A DNA stretch of 64,000 nt. Origin: the human T2T-CHM13v2.0 reference genome, Homo sapiens. The notes under the pieces were generated by a model, which saw only the letters and a program-made list of their open reading frames with translations, did not search any database and was not told where the DNA came from. The stretch lies in the NCBI RefSeq assembly GCF_009914755.1, contig NC_060947.1. One strand, given 5' to 3'. The translations under genes were made by a program, and so were the position numbers. Positions 16,331 through 28,531 of this stretch are shown here, piece by piece; within the stretch, counting starts at the first letter, position 1, and every line of letters begins with the position of its first letter.

Positions 16331-17639
16331 GAAGATATATAATAACATCATTGATAATTACTATTAGAAAGGAAATTAGACGTTTGCTTTGCTTTGAGTG
16401 CTATTACTAAATGATGAGTCGTATGTGGCAAAAGGAGATGTGGAACGTACAGGCAATCGCCTTTTAAATAAAACCTGAAACAAAAATTATTTGAAATGTT
16501 AGTTTGGCAGTTATGTTGGATTATATACGTTTCTTAAGGCTAGTGACTTGTTTCCTGGAATTCTTTCACTTCATAGGGTAACACCTTGCCCCCTACTAGG
16601 AACTTAACTATTTCTTTAATTTTATTACATTGAAGCTGCTTGAGGAAGCATGCTTTTTTCACTAAAAGGACCCAGCAAATTTCATTCTTTCATTGGAATA
16701 TTTTCTCTTAATATGACTGCAAATGCAGTTAGTAAGTTGAAAAAGCCACCTGTTGTCGTATTGGCAGGCCACCTAACTGGTCTGTCTGTACTTGGTGTGC
16801 AGGGAAGCTTGAATAACTACCATTAGGCCTGCACAGTGTCAGATTTCACATACTCATGACACCGTAGGTAATTGGGTGACAGCCAGTTTATTTCAATCAG
16901 CTAATGTTATAGATAAATACTTCATATTTTAGGTTAGCCCTGATATCACAGAATGGAATAATGTTCTAATCCTCATTAGCAGTTTGTTATGCAGCAACTT
17001 TTTGTATGCCAATAAAAATGGCATAGGCTGCTGCTTCGGTGGCATTTCCCCTTGAACATGCCATTTTATTCATTTGTTGACTCAGATAGATGGAGTTGTC
17101 ATGTTTCTTTGTTGGAAATGTTGACAGAACCTTGTGGGCTGTGCTTGTATAAACGTTTGGTTCTCTAAACAATAATTTTCAGTTTAGCTCTGTTGCTACT
17201 GCTACATGCTATTTTTCTCTTTCTGTCACATTGGGAAATTCTATTTTGTTGTCAGTAAAAAAAAAAAAGGTGTGGTACTTGCTTACTGTCTATGTAGACT
17301 TTATTTTGCTAGTTGATTTCATTAAAGAGTGATTCCAGGAAGCTTTGGGTCATTGTATCACCTTGTCTCATTCCATTATATGTATTGATGCAACATGGAT
17401 CGTTGAACAGTATAATCTCTTTTGCACAGTTCCTATTGATTTTATCCAGTAAATCATTGTCTGCTGGGTTTGTTCTGAAATCATTTTGTGCATAAAAACT
17501 ATTCGTGAATTTGACAATCAGGTGCCTTCTTGTAATAGATAAACTTACACAAAACTGGAATCCAGTCACTTTTTGTCTCCTTCACACTATATAGTTATCT
17601 TTCCTACTAAACTGATCAAGTGAGTGATCTCTATTCAGC

Positions 17640-17960
17640 AAATGTTTCTATTCCCTTTCTCATTTCTTGTAATATGGCTTCTCTTATCATTGCTCTTTTG
17701 AAATTGCTCTGTATGATCTGAAATGGCCTATTTTCTTCTGGTCTTTTTTTTTTTTTTTTAAGTATTTAGACTATGCTTGACCTTCCTGCTACTTTTGACA
17801 CTGTTGATTACTTTCTCTTATTGAAACATTTTCCTTTCTCACTTCTGGGACAATGAACTCCCCTGTTTCTCATACCTTTTTATTGTTCTTTTTGTCCTCT
17901 TAATTGGCTGTTCTGTCTTCTCTGGGCTCAACACTTCAGGCATCCTCACTACTTAGGCTT
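17640..17960 (+). mobile_element. LINE-2 RT fragment
   Basis: 17773 onward translates MLDLPATFDTVDYFLLLK, matching the L2 RT motif LLDLSAAFDTVDH.LLL. Confidence 0.7.
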
Positions 17961-18731
17961 TAGTTACACCTTGAAGACAGAAGATCATCACTTTCACATT
18001 TATATTCCTGTACCCTCATTTTTCCACTCTAAAATTTCACATATTTTATTCTCATAATATTTCCTGAGCATCATTTTCTACATACCATGAGAGGAGGGAT
18101 TGATGTGGGAGATAAAGTTGTACCGTGAATGTTCTCTTCCCTACAAGTTTATAACTTAGATAAGTCAATAAGATGCATACATGAAAATTAATTAAGTAGG
18201 GCAGCATGTGGAAAATACCTTTTCAGTGCTAAAGGTAGATGAAGAATGTAGTGGTAATTAGAGAAGATTTCATAGAGAAAGTGACATTTGACTTCGGTCT
18301 TAATGGATAGATAAAGGTTTGACAGCAAAAATGTGAAGGGAGATGAACTGAAAATATTTTACAGTCATTCAGGAGTCCTGTCATACTTTTGCTATCTTAG
18401 CTACTCTTGTCCTAGTAGACTATAGGCAAAAATCACTTAAAATTAGAAACTGTAATCTCTCCATCTATATTAGGCACACAGAATAACAGTGTACACAATA
18501 GCTCATGTCATATCCATAAGATGTTAAAAATGTGTATATTTTGGAGGCGGGACTTCAAGGATGATGCTACCTAGAAGTAACTATTTTATTTTCTGTACTC
18601 ACTTATACCTATTACATCTTATGTGCTTCAGTTTTCTTTAAATAGTGCACCTGGTATCAGATATAATCTCTGCCTTTTTGAGTGTCTTATCAGATTCAGT
18701 TCCACGAAATCTAAGTGGAAAGCTAGATATA

Positions 18732-19180
18732 TAGTTGACCCTTGAGTAACATGGAGATTGGGGTGCCGACCGCCCGCCTTGCAGTTGAAAACTCGAGAAT
18801 AACTTTTGACTCCCAAAAAACTTTACTAATAGTCTACTATTGACCAAAAGTCTTACAGGTAACATAAACAGTGGATTAACACGTTTTTGTACTTTATATT
18901 GTATTTTACATGTGTTACATACTGTATTCTTACAATAAAGTAGGACAGAGATGAAAACGTTGTGAAGAAAATTTTAAGACAGAGAAAATATATTTACTGT
19001 TCATTAAGTGGAAATGGATCACCATAAAAGTCTTCATTCTTGTCATCTTCATGTTGAGTAGGCTGAGAAGGAAGGGGAAGAGGAGAGATTGGTCTTGCTG
19101 TCTAGGGTGGCAGAAGAGGAAGAAAATTTGTATAAGTGGACCCTTGGCTGTTCAAACCTATGATGTTCAAGGGTCAGCTG
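18732..19180. mobile_element. Tigger2a-like non-autonomous Tc1/mariner DNA transposon, full length
   Basis: Terminal inverted repeats tagttgacccttgagtaaca ... tgatgttcaagggtcagctg with TA on both sides (18730-31 and 19181-82); ~450 bp. Confidence 0.85.
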
Positions 19181-20254
19181 TATTCTGCCCTTTTTCATTC
19201 TTCTTCATGGATTGTCACAGCCAACTCTGGAATCTATGTTTTTTAACTGATATTTTAGTAAAATTTTCCATTAAGAAACAGGAATTTATTGTATCTTATA
19301 AGCCAGTTTGAATTTTTAATTTGATTTTATTACAACACTTTTGTTCCAAATTTTACGTATTTACTTCCTGCTCTGTCTCTGTAGTTATAACCAGTTCTTA
19401 AGTTCAGATTCAAAGCATTCTGCGCTAAAAGCAGAGGCACACTTTGGTGGCAGCCATGAGGGAAGCAACAATGATCCCCCACAGTGATAGGACTGAAGTG
19501 GCTGGGGTGAAGTAAAGGCCAGCCTAATGGCGAGCACAGCAGGTTTGAAATAGTTTGCTAGGAAAAAGAGTCAGCAGGTTGCTGTCCTGATCCAGTCAAA
19601 TACATATGCTGTCTGCGACTATTAGCAGTTGCTTCTTACCTGGCTATTATCTTCAATAAGTTTCTAGTAAAACCTTCAATTTGTAGGATTTCTGATTTTT
19701 TTTTTTTAACATAAGGCAGATTTCATTCTATTCTTTATGAGATGTTTTTTATTTTGTATGGTAATAGCTCTATCCGCAGTCTACAGATTTCAGAAAACTA
19801 GTAAGAATCTTAGGGGCCATATATTGAGGATCCACCGTACATTTGAGTTTTGCTTTGCCTTCAGATTTAGTGTTTAATCTTAAACATTGCATTCATCTTA
19901 TATATGCCTTTATAAACAGTATAGGACCCTCTATTATCTAACTCTTGGCTACAAAATTAATAAGAGGTGCACAGTGGGCAATTACCCATTATTTTACTAT
20001 AAATGACTAGTCTTATGTTTTTGTTCTATATTGTTTGCAGTAATGTTATGAATGCTCTACAGCACTGAATATAGTATTAAACGGTAGTTCTCACAGAAGA
20101 CGGAGTTTGTCATAGCTGAGCTGTTATCCAACAATTTTTTTTTTAAGTTCTTAAAAGCTTACAGTCCAAACTGTTTCTGGCATTTAGTTGAATAAATACC
20201 TCATGGAAATTCACTGTTAAACTGAAACTACCTAAGTATAATATATTTCATGAT

Positions 20255-20296
20255 ACACAAACGCACACGTGCGCATGCACACACACACACACACGC
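20255..20296. repeat. Imperfect (CA)n microsatellite
   Basis: cacaaacgcacacgtgcgcatgcacacacacacacacacgc. Confidence 0.9.
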
Positions 20297-20809
20297 AACA
20301 GTTGTGATTGTCAATATTAAAAGTAAACTCAATATTAAACTGAGTTTACTTTTTGGATAGGTTTCATAACAAGTTGACTCCATTTACTTTGATAAATAGG
20401 TTACATGTTAAAATCAGGTTTATTTTCATAGATAGTATCAACATGCTACTTGCTAACTGAAACGGACCTTGACGTAAAGCAGAGTATTAGACTCAGGAAT
20501 GTGCACTTTCAGTAGAATATGGTTTCTGAGATCTGTTGCTCTAAGGCCCACAAGCTTTAAAATGACTACATGGTGTCCAAAAGCAATGAAACTAAGCTAT
20601 GATGTGCTTGCTTAACATTTTGTCTAGCTCAGTTCTGGACTTTTATTAGATTGAATTTTCTCTCTTTTGAAGACTCCAGTTTTTAATTGAATAAAAATTT
20701 TTTTCACTTCCTATTTTGCATATTCCAAGTCTTTGCCTGCCTTGATTGTTTTCAGTGACCTGGCAGAATAGGTGTGTGTGTATAGCAAGCAAGAATACAC
20801 TCATTTTTG

Positions 20810-21120
<311 letters not shown>

Positions 21121-21644
21121 TCATTTTTAACTGCTTTTGATTTCCTTTTCAACAGCAGATTATTATTATTTTTTCTTTTCCCGTCTTCTCTACCCCTGTG
21201 ACACCTGTACCTATAAAAGGGGAGAGAGGCAGTGGTATCTTATATTCATTTTAGTATTTATTATTTACATAAATAGTTTTAATTAATGCATTTTATGCAT
21301 TCTTATTCTAACTTATTCTAAGAACTTATATATCCCTAGCACAGTGATAGGTTTTACAAATATGTGCAAGATCCTTGCCCTCAATGATATATCTAGTTTG
21401 TAATTGATTTAAAAATTAACGGAGTGTACCTTGAGGATCCTTTGTTCTTTCATAAAATCTCATTATTTGTCATTCCTATGAGACCAATGGTTGACCAAGT
21501 ATTGCCTTCAGTGTTAGATTCCAAGATTTGGAAGATATTATAAAGAGGGCTTTCATGGGTTACTGTTAACAATATTTGCACTTTTCTATTTGGGAAGTAT
21601 TTATTGAGCTATTATAGAGTGTTGTGTTATGTACTACAGAGCAG

Positions 21645-21760
21645 ATTTTCTAAACCTTGCTAATATTTGGAATTACCTGAGGAGCTCTTAAGAGGTACAG
21701 GTCCTGAGGCCCTACCTGCAGAGATTTCAGCATGCTAATTCAGTAGGTATGAGTGTGTTA
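21645..21760. mobile_element. MER5-like hAT fragment
   Basis: ttttctaaacctt...ggaattacctgaggagctcttaa...gccctacc...gatttc...aattcagtagg. Confidence 0.55.
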
Positions 21761-21995
21761 GAATTCAGATCACAAGTAAATGAGAGAATAGGAGGGAAGG
21801 ACAGGGAGATGGTGTCAGGCATTCTTCTGAGATGCTTGGTAGTATAACAGGATAATAGATTGAGGAGGAAGAGGGTAGTGAGTCTGTTCAGGAAGCAAGA
21901 GAACTTAAAGCTTATTTGAATTTTATTCTCGTATGTCTTTTTACATTTCCAAAATGGTCTCAAATATTACTTTTCTGCTTTCAAATAGAATGTCA

Positions 21996-22369
<374 letters not shown>

Positions 22370-23113
22370 TTACTCTTCTCAGAATTATTCTAATGTTTTG
22401 ATCACCTGCAACAGTATACACTGATGTGGTTTCTGAACTAAAGAAAATTACTGCTGAAAGATAAAATTGAAACCAGTTGGAATCCAAATGGGGAAAACAG
22501 GGACAGTCTAACTTGATGTTTCCCATTGAGCTCAGCCAGCAACAAACAAATTGAGAGACTCAGTAATATTTTTATGTGCATAGAATAAGAACTGTATTAT
22601 ATGAAATACAAAAGTCTGATTTATGTGTGTGTGTTTGTTTTTACAGAACTTGCTCTTCATTTTATTATAAACCAGTATGTCCCAAGTGAAACATTACCGA
22701 ACACTGTAGCTGCTTATGAGCTCTCATTCAACCCCAATAAGGATGGGATGGTAGAAACTAATTTTTTAATTTTATTAAAGTTGAGCTGCGTTTTCAGTCA
22801 TTTTACATGAAAACGTATGTGAGACTATATGGGGAATAAAATAAAGGACAGTTACAGTTTTTGATGAGATAATTGATCCCTGTAGGAATGACACATTCAA
22901 AAACCATGAGGAGTATAAATGTGTTTGATTATGTGTATCCTACTTGAAAAACAGAATGTCAACAATTATAGCAAGGAGCTTCTAGATCCTAATTTGCAGG
23001 GGTAGTGTTGAACATTTTCTCATATTTGCAAAAGTGGAAGCAAGTATAAATTGACCTCAGTTGCAGAAGGAAGGGGATAAGGAATCAGACATTTATTGAA
23101 CATCTTGTTATGT

Positions 23114-23336
23114 CAGGGGTTTGGAAACTATGGTCTGCAGGCCAAATCTAGCTGACCAACTATTTTTGTAAACAAGATGTTATTGGAACACTTCCATCCT
23201 TATTTGTTTACTTAGTGTTTCTGGCTGCCTTCACAATACAATAGCAGAGTTGAGTTGTTGCAACAAACATGGTATAACTTGCAAAGCCTGAAATATTCAC
23301 TATCTAGCCTTATAGAAAAAGTTCGCTGACCTTCTT
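23114..23336. mobile_element. MER58A-like hAT-Charlie MITE
   Basis: caggggtttggaaactatgg...ggccaaatctagc...gttattggaacac...gcagagttgagt...gcaaagcctgaaatattcactatct...gaaaaagttcgctgacc; ~220 bp; ttatgt on both flanks. Confidence 0.8.
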
Positions 23337-24646
23337 TATGTTACTGGAGCTTTTACATGTATGTGCCATTTCTTTCTCACAACATTCCTATGAAGCAGGT
23401 GTCATCAGCACATGGTATAAATAATCTAAATTTCCTATACTTCAAACCTGACGAATACATTTTTAATACCCACATTTTCAAAGTCCTGAATCCCTACTTA
23501 CATGATATCTAAAATTTGTCTCAACTGCTTTTCAAAGACTCTCCTGGTTGATTCTGGGAGTCTTTGGGAATGGAGGTGATCAGAAACTAATCAGCTAATG
23601 TTCTTTGGCTTTGGATTCTTCCTCTTGCCTATGCCTTCTGTGAGCATATAGCTCCACTCTACACAACCATTTTTTTTCATCTGGCAACTCCTCTGAGCCC
23701 TTGGATTCCTGACATAATCTCCAACCCTCTCACTCCAGTTCTTTGTACATAAGTTATATGGCTGGACTAGATAAGTATGGAACACATACCCCACCCCACT
23801 CAACACCATTGTTCCATCTCTCGTCTCTAGTCTTTATCTTCCCCTGCAACCATAAAAAATTAATAACACCCAGCACCTCCTGCAGCAATCACCAACCATC
23901 AAATTCAGAATTATATTTCAGGCAAATAAGGATACCAAGCCATGTATAATGAGAAGAAACCACAGCTTTGAGTTAATATTCAGGAAGGCACAGCAAAACA
24001 CTTTGATTAGGGCCACAAGGAAGAACTCTATGAGGAATATTAAAGTGCGGGGTTATGCTCAGCATCTCCACGGAAGTTTTTTATCTCAAATTATTTAGTA
24101 ATAATATGTAGGAGGCAACTGTGAGTCTCCTAGTCTGAAAAGTCCTACATTGTCAATTTGAGATTATGGCTACAAATATTTCAGGGTGTTACTTTGTTGA
24201 GTCTTACTCAGCAAGGTTAATGTATGTAGCATTAAACTGAATTGTGTGTAGGATCTGCACCAAGCTGAGATGGACCATATCAAATCAGAAAAGCCTGTGT
24301 GTGATGAATGCCCAGACTGTATTCTCAACAAGAATTGTCCTATTGGCCTAGTGATACTGGTTTTTGTAGCATCGCAATTCCTACAGATATGCCTTTCTTA
24401 GTACTTTGTTTGATGCACTTAGCTCTTGGAGTTGATTGCTGGACTCACTGATTCGTGACAGGAATTCTGACATTTAAAATAACAGGAAGTTCTCTGAATA
24501 AATGGGATAGCCAGAAAAATGTCAGTTCGTACTTAGAAAGCCAGAGACAACCAGTGGGTAAAGTGACTGACTTGAGCTTGAATAAGGTAATTCATATAGG
24601 TTAAAGGTTAACAGGAAACCACCTTGACAACCTCATTTGTCAAATA

Positions 24647-25817
24647 TAGTCATGTACCACAAAACGATGTTTTGGTCAACAATGGACCGCTTATATGATG
24701 ATGATTCCATAAGATTATAATGGAGCTGAAAAATCCCAACTGCCTAGTGACATGTAGCCATTGTAACATTCTAGTGCAATGCATTACTCACATGTTTGTG
24801 GTGATGTTGTTGCAAACATACTGTGCTGCCAGTAATATATAAGTATAGCACGTACAATTGTGTACAGTACATAATACTTGGTAATAATAAACAACCATGT
24901 TACTGGTTTATGTATTTACCGTATTTTTCATTGTTATTTTAGAGTGTACTCTTGTTAAAAAAAAAAAAAGTTAACAGTAAAACAGCCTCAGGCAGGTCTT
25001 TCACATGGTATTCCAAAAGAAGTCATTGTTATCATAGGAGGTGACAGCTCCATGTGTGTTATTGCCCCTTGAAGACCTTCCAGTGGGACAAGATGTAGAG
25101 GTGGACGACAGTGATATTGATGATCTTGACCCTGTACAGGCCTAGGCTAATGTGTGTGTTTGTGTCTTAGTTTTTAACAGAAAGGTTTAAAAAGTAAAAA
25201 TTTTAAAAAAGTTGAAACAGGAAAACGCTTACAGAATAAGGATATAGAGAAAATATTTTTGTACAGCTTTGCAATGTGTTTGTATTTTAAGTGTGATTAC
25301 AAGAGTCAAAAGTTTAAAAAAAACAAAAAGTTTATAATTACTATAAGCTAAGTTTAAGTTATTATTGAAGAAAGAACATTTCTGTGAATTTGGTGTAGCC
25401 TATGTGTACAGCCTATGTCTATAGTGGTGTACAGTAATGTCTTAGGCCTTCACATTCATTCACCACTTACTCACTGACTCACCCAGAGTACTGTCCAGTT
25501 TTGTAAGCTACCTTCATGCTAAGTGCTGTATGCAGCTAAACCATTTTTTATCTTTTATATCATAATTTTACTGTACCATTTCTATGTTTAAATATGTTTA
25601 GATATACAAATACCATTTTGTTACAATTGCCTACAATATTCAGTACAGTAACATGCTGTACAGGTTTGTAGCCTAGGAGCAATAGGCTACTAACCTGTGA
25701 AGTAGGCTATACCATGTAGGTTTGTGTAAGTGAACCGTATAATGTTCGCATAATGACAAAATCATCTAAAGAAGAACTTCTCAGAATGTATCCACATCAT
25801 TAAACAAGATGTAAGTG
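24647..25817 (-). mobile_element. Tigger3b-like DNA transposon, near full length
   Basis: Ends tagtcatgtaccac...gttttggtcaac and ttctcagaatgtatccac...gatgtaagtg with TA flanks; ~1.17 kb. Confidence 0.85.
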
Positions 25818-26659
25818 TACTACTTTGAGGTAAAGACCATACTTCAGTTTTGGTATTTAAGTTACCACTTCAAACAAGGGAAATTCTTCCCTAAAACCTC
25901 TAAGACAACTTTATTTGTCCTTCCTAAAATATGCATTACCTGCTGAGTTATTGAGGCCCATTTGAAAATACACAACATTAGCTATGCATGCTGTTAAACA
26001 TAATGTTCTGGTGACATTTAGCAGTGTTCAGTAATTGGCTTAATGAACAGGTGTGCAAGTATATTAGTTATGCAGATGTTAATTTGCAGTAACATGTGCT
26101 TCCTGATTTGGGGTGTTCTTGTATAAACTACAACCAGTAAGATTTGTTCCTTAATTAGGAAATCACTACAAAGTATGTCTGTGTTATCCCTACCATTACA
26201 ACCATTAGTCTTGTTTAATGTGCTCTGAACTTCAGAAACATTCTTAGTAATGCCATTCCTATTGCTTCAGGTACTATGCAGGTGTCAGAATGAAATCTAC
26301 CTTTCTGTGGGATGCCTTGGTTAGTGTGCAGCTGTAGGCAACATGGAGAGGGGAAGCTTCACAGCTGTAATATGTAGCATGTGCAAGGAGACAGAAATGG
26401 AATCTCTTCCTGCCTATTGCATCAGCTTTCCCTCCTAAGGTTTGGTGAACACATGTGTTATTCCTCACAAAACAGACTCGATAACAATTGAACACAAAAT
26501 AGTGGTTCCTTACAAACAGATTCATCTTTACCAGCATTTTTAATTATTCTTTTCCATATTGTTTGTAATTCCTGTCTACACTTGGCCCTTGGGATTTCCA
26601 AGGTTAACAGTTTGTAAACTATAAAAATGGATAGGAATGTTTGTGAGATTTATTCATAT

Positions 26660-27480
26660 GATTTTTATTTTTATGTCAAAAAATAGGAAATTACAAAGGC
26701 TAATTTAGCAAATGCCCATCTACCAGCCACCCAAAATGAACACATGTTAACATTTAGTCATATTTACTCCAGATCTTTGCTTTTAAGGAAATAAAACATT
26801 AAAGTTAAAATGGAAGTTTCCAAGGTTCTACCTATTCCAGCATTAGATTCCTCCTCTTAGGCAACCACTGTCATTAACTGGTGAATATCTAGTCTATGTT
26901 TTTATAATTTTGCTACATATATACTCATCCATCAACAATACGCAAGATTAGTCTCCGTTTTATTTTTAATTTAGATGAAAATTATACTGCATGTACCATT
27001 TTCCATAGCTTTAATTTTTCCACTCAGCATTGTATTTGGCATCAATCCTTGTTGAAATATATAGCTGTAATACAATCACTGTAAATGCTGTGTGATATTA
27101 CATTGTATTAATATGCCACAATTTATCCATTTCATAACCCCTGGGCACATGGGCTGTTTATAACTTTTCTACTGTTATAAACACTGTTGAAGTGAACATT
27201 TTTGTCTCCTTGACCACTTGACCTACAAGCAGAAATGTTGGGCTATGTTTATGACAAGCATACCTTCAAATATATTAGATGTTGATGCATGCGTTTTTTA
27301 AGTCATTGCTGAATATTTACTGTCAACCATTGGCATAATCAAATTCTTCTTCGTATCTTCATCAATACTTGGTATTGTGAGACTTAAAAAATTTTTCAAT
27401 TTGATGACTGTTAATGGTATTTCTTCAGTTATTTTCATTTGCATTTCCCTGATCACTGGTGAAGTTGAGCATGTTTTCAT
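26660..27480 (-). mobile_element. L1ME-like 3' fragment
   Basis: Minus-strand ORF 27298-27480, MKTCSTSPVIREMQMK, resembles L1 ORF2 C-terminal MKKCSTSLIIREMQIKT. 3' UTR-like sequence lies to the left. Confidence 0.75.
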
Positions 27481-28244
27481 TACTAGCTATATGACCTTGG
27501 GCATATGATCAAGTTTGTCCTTGATTTCCTCATTTGTAAAATGACAGTGGTTAATACCTATCATATAAAGTGGTATAAAAATTAATGCCAGATACAGAGC
27601 AGATATGTAATAAAAATTTGATTTTTGTGGTGCTTGTGAAGATTGTATTGGTGGTTACCAGTAGTAAAACTACTACTACTGCTGTTATTTTTGTTTTTTA
27701 ATACTCTCATCTGTTGTGTATTGCATATGTATTTATCTATTGATCTAATCTTCTTTGCCCTTTTTTTCCATCAGGTTCGTGTGATATTTCCAGAAATGCA
27801 TAGATAAAGGTGATTCAGAATACAGTAGAAAATAACAAAAAAAATCATTAAACCTGTCACATGCAAAAACCAGAGTAGATTTCCCGTACCTTTCATTGCC
27901 ATTCTTGCACTCATTTTAATATTATCAAGTCATTAATTGAAATTAAAATATTGTATATTTCAACCAATATGTTAAAAAATTATTTCCATGTAGCTGGAAT
28001 CACCTCTGGAATTGTATCCACATGGATAAAATATGTATTTAAGTATATATGGATCACAATTCTTATATTTGTATGTTATATGTAAAAGAACAATTGGCAT
28101 TTACTTGTTAAATATACAAATATGTATGCGTGAAGTTACATAAATATACAAATATGTATGCATGAAGTTACATAAATTTTCAGTGTGTTTGTTGACACTA
28201 CTATTATTAGCTTTATTTACCCTGGCTTTGTATATAGTGTACTT

Positions 28245-28531
<287 letters not shown>

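Noticed and set aside
12650-16940. Other AG|GT juxtapositions (12663/12664, 14762/14763, 16932/16933) as recursive splice sites
   Set aside because: Short or interrupted pyrimidine tracts, two of them inside old repeats; expected by chance in 30 kb.
22647-22676. Peptide ELALHF resembling the KLALNF that I recall just upstream in DIAPH2 (possible duplicated exon)
   Set aside because: Similarity covers only six residues and depends on memory; chance is the simplest explanation.
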